Source: Phycisphaerae bacterium (GTDB lineage Bacteria > Planctomycetota > Phycisphaerae > UBA1845 > Fen-1342). Taken from it: DNA of 64,000 bases. The stretch lies in NCBI GenBank assembly GCA_050115495.1, contig JASFQK010000009.1:97163-161162 (forward strand), read 5' to 3'. The notes under the pieces are model-generated. The model was not told the origin of the DNA and searched no databases. It saw only the letters and a list, made by a program, of their open reading frames with translations. The position numbers and the translations under genes were made by a program. Shown piece after piece: positions 9,880 to 19,049 of the stretch. Positions within the stretch are counted from its first letter, which is position 1, and each line of letters starts with the position of its first letter.

Positions 9880-10959
9880 CTAGCGACCCGGCTCCTCGCT
9901 CCAGCGGGCCCGTAGTTCCCGGACCACCCCAGGAGGAAGGGCCGCGGGTGAAGCCTCACCGAGAACCTCGGCCGCTCGCGCGGGCTGAGCCAATCGAGCG
10001 TAGCCGGCGGCCAGGGCCAGCCGGGCCGTACCGTTATCGGGGCTGATCTCCAGCGCCCGCTGCGCCGCCTGCACAGCTTCGGCGGGCCGGCCATCGGCCA
10101 GGGCAGCCGTCGCCAGCCCGACGTGCGCAGCGGCGCAATCGGGGTCTGTTAAGGTGACCAGCCGATAAGCCTTCGCGGCGGCGACAGTGTCGCCTGCGGC
10201 GAGCGCGCAGGCCGCCCAGCGCAGCCGCATCGTACGTCGCTGCTCGGGCTCGGTCGCGTCGGCAGCCAGGTCACGCCAGGCGACGGCCGCGTCGGTGTAC
10301 TGCCCGGCGCGCATCCGCGCTTCGGCCAGTTGCTGCCGCAACCCGACGTCGTCCGGATCATGCAGCAGCGCGGTGGACAGTTCGCGAATGGCGGCGTCGT
10401 GCTCGCCGACGTGCAGGAACAGACGTGCGGCCAGCGACTCGACTGCCGGTTCGCCGGGGAATCGAATCCGTTCGCGTTCGAGCGTCTCGACGGCCTGCGT
10501 CTCCGCTCCGGCGAGGACCAGCGTGTCCAGCCACGCGACGAGGCGCTGCGCTGTCGGTTCAAGCCGGTACGCCCGGGCGTACGCCGCGGACGCCTCCGGC
10601 CAGGAGCCGAGGCCCTCCTGGGCCACGGCCGTCAGCTCGTGAAACCCGGCCGAGTTGCGCTCGGCGTCGGGCACGCACTCAAGCTGCCGAAGCGCCGCGG
10701 CGTAGCGGCCTTCTTCGAGATCGATGCGGGCCAGCTTCAGGCTGGTGCGCTGCTCGCCGGCCTCGGTCTGGGCGGCCAGCAGGCTGCGGGCGCGGTCGAA
10801 GTGCCCGGCGTTGATCTGCTCGTCCGCCTGTTGCAGGGCCACGCGAGCGCGTGTGTCATCCCACAGGCGCGTCTCTCTGTGCTTCGGCGTCGAAGATGCG
10901 CAGCCCGCGAGCAACGCCGCCAGCAACCCGCAACAAACAACAATCGGCCAGCGCATCAT
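9880..10959 (-). CDS. TPR lipoprotein (pilotin/MshN-like)
   Basis: Lipobox LLAGC; multiple TPR-like helical repeats; overlaps the secretin stop. Confidence 0.8.
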   Translation of the reverse strand: MMRWPIVVCCGLLAALLAGCASSTPKHRETRLWDDTRARVALQQADEQINAGHFDRARSLLAAQTEAGEQRTSLKLARIDLEEGRYAAALRQLECVPDAERNSAGFHELTAVAQEGLGSWPEASAAYARAYRLEPTAQRLVAWLDTLVLAGAETQAVETLERERIRFPGEPAVESLAARLFLHVGEHDAAIRELSTALLHDPDDVGLRQQLAEARMRAGQYTDAAVAWRDLAADATEPEQRRTMRLRWAACALAAGDTVAAAKAYRLVTLTDPDCAAAHVGLATAALADGRPAEAVQAAQRALEISPDNGTARLALAAGYARLAQPARAAEVLGEASPAALPPGVVRELRARWSEEPGR

Positions 10960-12773
10960 GGCGCGTCTCCTGCATCGGGCCGCTGCGGTTCGTCAACCGG
11001 CGGTGCCACCTCGACCGGCGGCGTGGCCCCCTCCTCCGCCAGCATGTCCATAAGCAGGTTGCGGACGATGCTGTTCTCGGGTTCGATGGTCTCCTCTTCA
11101 CGCAGCCGGTCGCGCAGGCGGCTGGCCTCGGTGAAGTTGGGGTTGAGCGACAGGGCCAGGTCCAGATCCCACAGGGCCTTGCCCATATGCGCGGCGCGGT
11201 AGTGTTCGAGCGCCCAGTGATAGTGGGCCTGCGCCAGCCGTTCGCGGCCCCAGAATTGCAGGCCGCGGTGGGCCAGCGTGCGTCGCCGCTCGATCTCGTT
11301 CCAGGCCCAGGCGGAAGACTCGGAGTACTCGTCACCCTCGATGATGTGCGGCGTGATGAGCACGATCACCTCTTCCCGCAATGCCGCGTCGATCGTGCCG
11401 CGGAACAGCGGACCCACCAGCGGGAGGTTGCCCAGCCAGGGGATCTGCGTGCGGTCGGCCGAGGTGACTTCGCGGAACAGGCCGCCGATGACCAGCGTGT
11501 GCCCGTCGCGAACCATGACGTTGGCCGTCACTTCGGTCGTATCCTTGTACGGCAGGTTCTCCGGCGTCAGGCCGCCACTGCTGTCTTCGGGGTGAATGTC
11601 CATGCGGACGTAGCCGTCCCGACTGATGAACGGCCGGAAGAGAATCTGCGTGCCGGTCTCCAGGAACTCGACGCTCTCGATGGACGAAGTCTCGGTCACG
11701 GTCGTCGTCAGATAGCCGTCCTGGCGACCGACGATCACGCGGCCCGGTTGCTCGTTGACGGTCAGCACCTTCGGGTTGGCGACGATGGTCAGATCGACCG
11801 CCTCTTCCAGGGCCCGCACGAACACAGCGGCGCTGTTGGTGATGACGCCGATGCTCACGCCGCCCGGGGCGATGCCGGCACTCACGTCCGAGCTGGCCGC
11901 CGCCGTTTCGATGTCGAACTTGCGGGGCGGTACGGCGCCGGGCGTGATGTTCGTGCCGCCGACGCTGGTCGAGTTGATGGTGCGGAAGTCGATGCCGGCC
12001 AGGGCGTTGAAATCGACGCCCAGCGCGTTCACTTCGTCCAGCCGTACCCGCAGAATCAGCGCCTCGATCAGCACCTGCCGGGGACGAACGTCCAGCCGCC
12101 CCAGCACCTCGGCGACCTCGTCCAGCACCTCCGGGTAATCACGCACGATCAGGAACTCGCCGGCAGCGCGGCTCTTGCCTCCCAGGCCGGCGGCAAGCGC
12201 CTCGTCGAAGCTGTCGGCCGTCAGCGATACGCCCGGCACGGGCGCGTCCGCGGTGCCGACCACCTTCCCCACCGCACTGAGCAGCTCGGTGACGATCGGG
12301 AGAGCATCCTTGGCCGTGATGAAGCTGAGCTCGAAGATGCGCATCTCCGTCGCCCGGTTCGCCGCCAGCACGCCATCCCGTTCGCTCGGCAAGCACACGT
12401 AGATGAACTTGCCGCTGGCCAGCCAGGTGTAGCCGGCGGGCGTCACCAGGGCTTCCAGCGCCTCCTCAAACGAGACTTGGTACAGGTCGGCACTCACGGT
12501 GGCGGAAACGCTTTCGGTCACGCTGATGTTCCGCTGTGCCTGGTGGCTCAGCATGCGTAGCGCTTCCGGCAGCGGCATCCGCCGCAAGTGCAGGTTGAAG
12601 AGCCCGGCCTCGTCAACGGACACTTCCTGCGGACCGGTCGCCGCCGGCTCGACGGCGGGAGGCTGCGATTCCGGCTCCTGAGCGGTTACCGGCAAGGCCA
12701 ACCCCGGTCCGAGTAGCGCGGACAAGGCGAGCACGACGAACCCAAACGGCCGTCGCGATACCTGTATCAACAT
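10956..12773 (-). CDS. Outer-membrane secretin (GspD/PilQ/MshL family)
   Basis: Signal peptide, STN-like N0 domain, LDVRPRQVLIEA, ANPKVLT, LVIGGL, IPWLGNLPLVGPLF. Confidence 0.95.
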   Translation of the reverse strand: MLIQVSRRPFGFVVLALSALLGPGLALPVTAQEPESQPPAVEPAATGPQEVSVDEAGLFNLHLRRMPLPEALRMLSHQAQRNISVTESVSATVSADLYQVSFEEALEALVTPAGYTWLASGKFIYVCLPSERDGVLAANRATEMRIFELSFITAKDALPIVTELLSAVGKVVGTADAPVPGVSLTADSFDEALAAGLGGKSRAAGEFLIVRDYPEVLDEVAEVLGRLDVRPRQVLIEALILRVRLDEVNALGVDFNALAGIDFRTINSTSVGGTNITPGAVPPRKFDIETAAASSDVSAGIAPGGVSIGVITNSAAVFVRALEEAVDLTIVANPKVLTVNEQPGRVIVGRQDGYLTTTVTETSSIESVEFLETGTQILFRPFISRDGYVRMDIHPEDSSGGLTPENLPYKDTTEVTANVMVRDGHTLVIGGLFREVTSADRTQIPWLGNLPLVGPLFRGTIDAALREEVIVLITPHIIEGDEYSESSAWAWNEIERRRTLAHRGLQFWGRERLAQAHYHWALEHYRAAHMGKALWDLDLALSLNPNFTEASRLRDRLREEETIEPENSIVRNLLMDMLAEEGATPPVEVAPPVDEPQRPDAGDAP

Positions 12774-13163
12774 CTATGCATGCCTCCTGGCAACGGGACC
12801 GAGACCGGCGGGGCAGACCACGAGCGCGCGCCGCAGGCCGTCCGGTAACCGACGACATCCATCAGTCGCTATCGGAAACGGACCACGGAACCCCTTAGGC
12901 GAAGGCGACTTGGACGTCCTGGGAGCGCTCCCGGCGGCACTATCCCCCCTGCCAGCCGACCGCCAGCAGCGCGTTGTCCGTGACCGGTCCCGGCCACGGC
13001 TCCCCTGATTGACCGTCCGCTCCGCTAATTCTTGTCTGTCGGTGGCATTTGCGCTGGACGACGCCGCGTGTCGTATTGGAAGCTTCCTTTGAGGGGCCGG
13101 CTGACGCCGGTAACACGCGCGTGGGGCTCACCACAGGCACACAGCGTGGCCCCGAGGGACTGC

Positions 13164-13619
13164 ATGAGCCAGAACAAACCGAGCATGTCGAGGCGGCGGA
13201 CCCGGCGGAAGTCCGGGTCCGGCGGGACACAGTCCTCCGGGCTGATGAACATGCTGCGGCGTCGACGGGTGCAGAGCGGTCCGATACGAGCCCGTTGCCA
13301 TGACCGCCAAGTGTGGTGCGTGCCACTGCAGATGTGGGTGCTCGAACACTCGGGCAAGGGCGGCCGACGCGAGCGCCGGCTGGATGTGACGACCGTGGAC
13401 ATATCGGTCGGCGGGATGGCGTTCTATTATCGGCAGTACATCCACCCCGGCTCGACGATCAGGGCCCGTTTTGACGCGTTGCCGGGGAAACCGTACGTGA
13501 CCGCCGTCGTCCGCAACTGCACACTGATCGGCCCGGGCCGGCACCGCATCGGCATGGAGTTCATCGAGGTCCGGCGTGACGAGGGCGACCCGCCCATCCC
13601 CGACAGGGGCATCCTCTAG
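13164..13619 (+). CDS. Stand-alone PilZ-domain protein
   Basis: RCHDR (RxxxR), DISVGG (DxSxxG), IGMEF; start uncertain (13164 or 13245). Confidence 0.85.
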   Translation: MSQNKPSMSRRRTRRKSGSGGTQSSGLMNMLRRRRVQSGPIRARCHDRQVWCVPLQMWVLEHSGKGGRRERRLDVTTVDISVGGMAFYYRQYIHPGSTIRARFDALPGKPYVTAVVRNCTLIGPGRHRIGMEFIEVRRDEGDPPIPDRGIL

Positions 13620-16600
13620 GCTTTCGCCGGCTGAGCGCCATTTCCGGACCGCTGCACGAGGTGCAGCGTGCTGCACGCGATCATGAGCAGCAGGTCGATC
13701 CCCCCTACCAGGAACAGGTAGCGTACGACGGCGCCGGTGCCGAAGCCGTAGCTGTGCAGGCCGGTGCCCAGGACGTAGTTCACGCCGACGTACGTCATGA
13801 TGATCAGCCAGAAGGCCAGCACGCTCTTGAGGGCGGTGGCCAGGTGGCCGCGGCCAAGGACAAAGATGATGGCGGCGATCGTCGCTGCGGTCAGGGCGAC
13901 GACCTTGGTGGGCGTCAGCGGGGCGAGCAGGAGCACGATGATGACGAGCACCACGGCGCTGAGGATGCCGCCGAGGGCATAGGCCCAGCCGGGCGTCCGC
14001 TCGTGGTCGATGCGCACGTGCAGAATCGCCATGTAACCGAGGAAAGCGACCAGCGACCATACTTCCTTCGGATCCCAGCCCCAGTAGCGTCCCCACGATG
14101 AGGACGCCCACATGCTGCCGGTGATGATGCCCGCCAGCAGCAGCAGCGAGCCGACGAAGGCGTACCAGTAGTGCAGTTCGTCGATGGCTGTCGCCCAGCC
14201 GCGCCGGGCCGGGGCCACTGCCATCACGAACAACTGGGCATGGGCGATCAGCACCGCAATCGCCAGCACTGCGTACGAAGCCATGATGATCGGAACGTGG
14301 ATCGACATCCAAACGGTGTCGAGCAGCACCGGAACGATCGGGCGGACGAAGTGATCGAGCGGCAGCCGATCGGCGAGGATCAGGGCCAGGGCACCCATGG
14401 CCGACGCCGTCAGTGGCACGAAGCGGTCGCGTAGCAGGAACCGGGAGATGATGCCGATGGCGCCGGCTCCCCAGCTCAGGAAGAGCAGCGACTCGAACAT
14501 GTTCGCCGCCGGTATGCGGCCGGCGATCTGCCAGCGCAGCCACAGGCCGTACGTGAGCACGCCGAAGCCGACCACCATCGCCAACAAGGCCACGGCACGC
14601 AGGGTGACGGCGATCTGGTGGGCAACACTCTGCTTCCATATGCCGATGAGCAAGGCGATCACGGCAAGCACGACGCCGCCGGCCGCACCGTACGAAGCGA
14701 CACGGAAAGGCTGCAACCGGTTGTAGCGCAGTTCGAGCGCGATGCGCTCGGGCGTGGGTCGCTGGGCCGCGGGGAGTGCCGCGAGACGCTGGGCCAGTTG
14801 GACGGCAGCCGCCGCGAACGCCGGCGCATCGTCCGTCCCAAACGCTGCCCGCAAGGTCGTCCACGCCGCCGCGGCCGAGTTCGGTGCGGGCGGGTCGGCG
14901 GGCTGGGCCTCGTTGATCGTCTTCCACGCGGCGTTGACGCTGCTCGGATCGGGCACGAAGTGCAGCGCCTGGCCGTCGAAGACCCGCCGCAACGTGAGTA
15001 ACTTATCGAAGATGTCGTTGACCTTGGCCTCCAGCGGATCGAGCTTTCGGCCCCCGCCGGTCTCACGTATTTCCTGCGCGAGCACGTGCAGGTGGTTGTG
15101 CACGCTGAGTTCGTTGTACGAGAACATGGTCCGGTCGAGCGGCAGTTGGAGCTCCTGGCGCAGCTCGCGGTTGGCGATCGTGATGAGCGGCTCGCCTTCC
15201 CAGGTCTCGGGATCCAGCGACCAGGCCAGCAGCAGCCCGACCGGATCGTAATCCTCGAAAGACACCGTGCCCGTCACCGACTCGACGATGTCGCGGGCAC
15301 ACGTGTCCAGCGGCGGCCAGCGTCCGTCCCACTGGACGACCAAGCCGCGCACGCAGTCGTAGTCCAGCGACGCCGGCGGTGACGCGGCGGTGGCCGGCCA
15401 GGCAGTGGCCGACAGCACCATCCACAAGGCGGCCAACCCGGTTGCCCGAGCGGCTGCACGCGACGCCGCCGCGGGTCGGCGACGCCCTGCCAGACGCGTA
15501 GCGAGGACCAGCACCATGCCGATCATGACAGAGATGTAGCCGGCATAGACGACGGGCCGCCCCGGATCGCGCGCGACGGAGAGATAGCTAACGAATCCGC
15601 TCCCCTGCGGGGCGAAGCTCGACTGGTACAGCTCATAGCCGCCGTGGGCTACGGGACTGTTCATGCTGACCACGAGGTTCTGCTCGCGGCCGGTGACCGA
15701 ATCGAGAATGCGAATCTGACTTTCGTACGAGCGCGGGCGGTTGCTGCCGGGATACGTCCCGAGGCGAAAGCGGTCCAGCGTGACAGAGAAACCGAGCGGC
15801 ACCGTGCGGTCGTCAAAGCCCAGCTCGACAGGCGTGCCGCCGGCGACGATCCGCTCCGGCTGGTACCTTTGCACCCAGACCGAGACCGGCTGTTCCCCGC
15901 CTTCGACCACGAGCTCGACCGCCGGCATGCGGTCCTGGCGGATCGGCGTGACCGGGACGAGTTGCCAGTCCATGCGAGCATGCGGCACGAATCGCACGAG
16001 GCAAAGCGCGCGGTCGGCCCAGGGCGTCTCCACCGGCGTGCCAACGGGTAGCTCGCGCACACCCAGCGCCTGGCCATCGGCACTGAATCGGGCGTACACC
16101 GGCGTGCCCGGCGCCGCCAGGATCTCGATCGGCGTGGCGGCAACCGAGACCGACGGATGGTCGAAGGTCACCTGCACGTCGGGGATCAGGTCGGCGTTGT
16201 GCCGGAAGCCGGGGAAGCGGGCGAAGCAGAAGCGCTGCTCGCGTTGCGTCGGGCCGATGACCTCGACCTCGATCGCCGGGTTGACCGGCTCGTTCGACGC
16301 GTTGCGCAGCTCGCGATCCGCGCCGACGGTGGCGTGCGGCATGTAACGCAGCACGTGCAGCGTGTAGCCGGTGTCGCCGAGCGGCACCTCGCGCCGCAGG
16401 CACCCGGCCAGCGGCAGGTCGAAACTGGTTTCGCCGCAGGTGACGTGTACGGTGCCCATGCCCGCGGGTTGGCTCGACGCCGACTCGTGCACGAGGCGGG
16501 CGAGCGACGCCGCATCGGGCAGCCAGCGGAAGCCGGCCATCGTCCCGCCGAGCGCGGCGGGATGATCCGGAAACGCCCAGACCAGCCCGTCGTCGCCCGC

Positions 16601-17200
16601 CCCGGCGAGCGAAAGTTGCACCGCCGGCCCGAACTGTGGATCGTCGAGCTCGACGACGTTCTGCTTCCAGTCGCTGTCGGGCAGGTATTTCCGCACCGTG
16701 ATCTGGACGTCGCCTAAACGCAGCGGCTCGGCCGGCGGGTCGGTCAGCTCGCGGAAGCCCGCGAAGAGCACGGGGTTGAGATCACGCGTGGCGCGGGCGT
16801 CGCCGCGCAGGTCAGAGACGGTCAGCACGGGCTGGGCGGCGTCGCGCATGTGCGTGAGCGTCTGCCCCTCGGCCAGGCCGAGCATCCCCTGCACGCCGAA
16901 GTGCTTCGAGATCAGGGCCCCCACCAGGATCACCAGGACGGCCACGTGCGTGACAGCGAAGCCGATGTGCTTGCGGTCGAACGGGTAGCGGCAGATCACC
17001 GCCGCCGCCACGTTGATGAACAGCAGCCCCAGCAGCGTCTCGAACCACCAGGAGTAATAGAAGAGGGCCAGCGCCTGCTCGGTGCCGTGGGCGCTTTCGA
17101 ACACGGTCGCGCAGGCCATACCCAGCAGCAGTAGCACGAGCAGGACGGCCGCGAACCAGAGTGACCCGACGATGCGGAGAAGAGAGCGGAGTTGCTTCAT
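13616..17200 (-). CDS. ccsA: Fused ResB/CcsB-CcsA cytochrome c synthase (system II)
   Basis: ResB-like N-terminus with TM His, IHVP, WGRYWGWDPKEVW (WWD domain), terminal GLHSY. Confidence 0.92.
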   Translation of the reverse strand: MKQLRSLLRIVGSLWFAAVLLVLLLLGMACATVFESAHGTEQALALFYYSWWFETLLGLLFINVAAAVICRYPFDRKHIGFAVTHVAVLVILVGALISKHFGVQGMLGLAEGQTLTHMRDAAQPVLTVSDLRGDARATRDLNPVLFAGFRELTDPPAEPLRLGDVQITVRKYLPDSDWKQNVVELDDPQFGPAVQLSLAGAGDDGLVWAFPDHPAALGGTMAGFRWLPDAASLARLVHESASSQPAGMGTVHVTCGETSFDLPLAGCLRREVPLGDTGYTLHVLRYMPHATVGADRELRNASNEPVNPAIEVEVIGPTQREQRFCFARFPGFRHNADLIPDVQVTFDHPSVSVAATPIEILAAPGTPVYARFSADGQALGVRELPVGTPVETPWADRALCLVRFVPHARMDWQLVPVTPIRQDRMPAVELVVEGGEQPVSVWVQRYQPERIVAGGTPVELGFDDRTVPLGFSVTLDRFRLGTYPGSNRPRSYESQIRILDSVTGREQNLVVSMNSPVAHGGYELYQSSFAPQGSGFVSYLSVARDPGRPVVYAGYISVMIGMVLVLATRLAGRRRPAAASRAAARATGLAALWMVLSATAWPATAASPPASLDYDCVRGLVVQWDGRWPPLDTCARDIVESVTGTVSFEDYDPVGLLLAWSLDPETWEGEPLITIANRELRQELQLPLDRTMFSYNELSVHNHLHVLAQEIRETGGGRKLDPLEAKVNDIFDKLLTLRRVFDGQALHFVPDPSSVNAAWKTINEAQPADPPAPNSAAAAWTTLRAAFGTDDAPAFAAAAVQLAQRLAALPAAQRPTPERIALELRYNRLQPFRVASYGAAGGVVLAVIALLIGIWKQSVAHQIAVTLRAVALLAMVVGFGVLTYGLWLRWQIAGRIPAANMFESLLFLSWGAGAIGIISRFLLRDRFVPLTASAMGALALILADRLPLDHFVRPIVPVLLDTVWMSIHVPIIMASYAVLAIAVLIAHAQLFVMAVAPARRGWATAIDELHYWYAFVGSLLLLAGIITGSMWASSSWGRYWGWDPKEVWSLVAFLGYMAILHVRIDHERTPGWAYALGGILSAVVLVIIVLLLAPLTPTKVVALTAATIAAIIFVLGRGHLATALKSVLAFWLIIMTYVGVNYVLGTGLHSYGFGTGAVVRYLFLVGGIDLLLMIACSTLHLVQRSGNGAQPAKA

Positions 17201-17527
17201 GAGCTACCTGTGGGGCGACCGGCCGCCCGAGCACGCCGAGGGCAGTGTAGCATAAGAGGGCCTGTCAGGGGACACCCGCCGGGATCACGTTGTGACCGAG
17301 TCCAGCCGAGCCCTATTCGGCTGACGGTTCCTGTTCGAACCGGGGGATCGGCTGAGCGGCAACTCTGCTGGACAAGGAAGGACAGCGTCTTACGGGCGAC
17401 TTGTCAATGAGTCAGGGGTACGCTCGCGCCGCGTCTCCTTTAGATCGACAGCGAATCGGCGGTGCACTACCACCACTGGCACGGGCACGCCCAGTCTTCC
17501 GTTCGGGATACGACTCCGACTGGCCGC

Positions 17528-17533
17528 TATAAT
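17528..17533 (+). promoter_or_regulatory. Candidate sigma70 -10 box
   Basis: Perfect TATAAT in an AT-rich patch about 50 nt upstream of AAGGAGG and ATG 17586; no clear -35. Confidence 0.45.
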
Positions 17534-17585
17534 TAAAGGTCCGCTTAGGCCCAATTATCACTTCTCAAGCAAAGGAGGCGAAGCC

Positions 17586-18878
17586 ATGCACCGGCAGCAG
17601 ATCATCATTATTGCTCTGGCAGCGGCGGTCACTCTGACCAGCGGCGCTGCGGCTCAGACAACCTACTATGTTGATGGCACTTGTGGTGACGACACGTGGG
17701 CCGGAACGAATCCCAACTGCGTCGCACCGAATGGTCCGAAGGCGACCATCCAGGCCGCGATCAACGCCGCCGCCGCCGACGACCAGATCCTGGTCCATCC
17801 GGGGGTGTACGTCGAGCGCACCGACTTGCTGGACAAGACCATCACACTGCGCAGCACACACGGGCCTGAGGTAACCATAATCAACGGCGGCGCCAGCGGC
17901 ACCGTCATCACGTGCACCGGCGGCCAGGGCCCCGACATGCTGATCCAGGGTTTCACCATCTGCGACGGTGGCGTGGGCTATGGCGCTGGGATGCGCAATC
18001 AAGGAAGCAGCCCCACGATCCGCGATTGCGTGTTCACGGGAAACAACGCCGACCAAGGCGCAGCGATGTACAACATGGACAACAGCGACCCGACGCTGAT
18101 CAATTGCGCCTTCCACGATAACTGGACATACAGTGAAGGTGGCGCGATGTACAACACGAACAACAGCAACCCGACGCTGATCAACTGCGTCTTCAGCAGA
18201 AACTGGAGCTACTACGAGGGCTCCGGGATATACAACCAGAACAACAGCAGCCCAACACTGATCAACTGCGTCTTCAGCGAAAACGGAACCGACCGCGATG
18301 GTGGTGGGTTGTTCAACATATACAGCAGCAACCCAACACTGATCAACTGCACCTTCACTGCGAACTCGGCCACCGACACAGGCGGTGGGATGTCCAGTGA
18401 CATTACCAGCGCTCCGACGGTGTCCAACTGCATCTTCTGGGACAATACAGCCCCCGAAGGCCCGCAGATCTTCAACGAAGACGGTGGAGCGACCACCGCG
18501 ACTTACAGTTGCATCGAGGGTGGCTGGCCTGGAATCGGCAATATCGACGCCGATCCGTGCCTGGACCGGATGCTCCACCCTGTGTTCAGGTCCCCCTGCA
18601 TCGACGCCGGCAACAACGCTGCCGTCCCGCCTGACGTAGCCGACCTAGACGGCGACGGCGACACGGCCGAGTCCTGCCCGCTGGACCTCGACGGCCGGGT
18701 GCGCTTCTTCGACGATCCGGTCACACCGGACACGGGCGCCGGCGTCCCCCCCATCGTCGACATGGGTGCCTGCGAATACGGTCCGCAGCCGAAGCGCGCT
18801 GATCTCGACGGCGATGGCGATGTGGACATGGACGACTTCAACCTGTTCCAGCAGCAGTTCACCGGCCCACAGCCGTAG
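17586..18878 (+). CDS. Secreted right-handed beta-helix protein with C-terminal dockerin/EF-hand-like motif
   Basis: Signal peptide, TIQAAI, repeated PTLINCxF rungs, SPCIDAG, VDMGACE, ADLDGDGDVDMDDF. Confidence 0.85.
   Translation: MHRQQIIIIALAAAVTLTSGAAAQTTYYVDGTCGDDTWAGTNPNCVAPNGPKATIQAAINAAAADDQILVHPGVYVERTDLLDKTITLRSTHGPEVTIINGGASGTVITCTGGQGPDMLIQGFTICDGGVGYGAGMRNQGSSPTIRDCVFTGNNADQGAAMYNMDNSDPTLINCAFHDNWTYSEGGAMYNTNNSNPTLINCVFSRNWSYYEGSGIYNQNNSSPTLINCVFSENGTDRDGGGLFNIYSSNPTLINCTFTANSATDTGGGMSSDITSAPTVSNCIFWDNTAPEGPQIFNEDGGATTATYSCIEGGWPGIGNIDADPCLDRMLHPVFRSPCIDAGNNAAVPPDVADLDGDGDTAESCPLDLDGRVRFFDDPVTPDTGAGVPPIVDMGACEYGPQPKRADLDGDGDVDMDDFNLFQQQFTGPQP
18081..18355 (+). repeat. Intragenic 81-nt (27-aa) tandem repeat, 4 copies
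   Basis: aacagcRRcccRacRctgatcaaYtgc-like units at 18081, 18162, 18243, 18324. Confidence 0.85.
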
Positions 18879-19049
18879 GTGGTCGATGCAGTTCGGCTAC
18901 CGTGCTACGAGAGAGCTGTGCGGGCACGGCGTGTTCTCGTCGCTCATCTGCGAGAGATCGGGAAGGCGTGCGGAGGCAGCACGTCAAGGGACATCAGACA
19001 TTAGCAGGACGCCTCGGCTCGGAGCCAGTCCCACTTTTTCGACCGGCGC

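Noticed and set aside
12774..13163. c-di-GMP riboswitch or sigma28 promoter upstream of the pilus operon
   Set aside because: Only fragments match (cctaa, ggttaccg); TAAG-N17-TCCGATAG has the wrong spacing for sigma28; needs an Infernal search
155..17200. Cytochrome nanowire system (pilus plus CcsBA)
   Set aside because: No multiheme CxxCH protein noticed and a divergent gene separates the loci; adjacency alone is insufficient
18985..19040. Possible degenerate ggggac...agccagtccc repeat or terminator
   Set aside because: Single weak copy in the window; cannot be supported without genome-wide data
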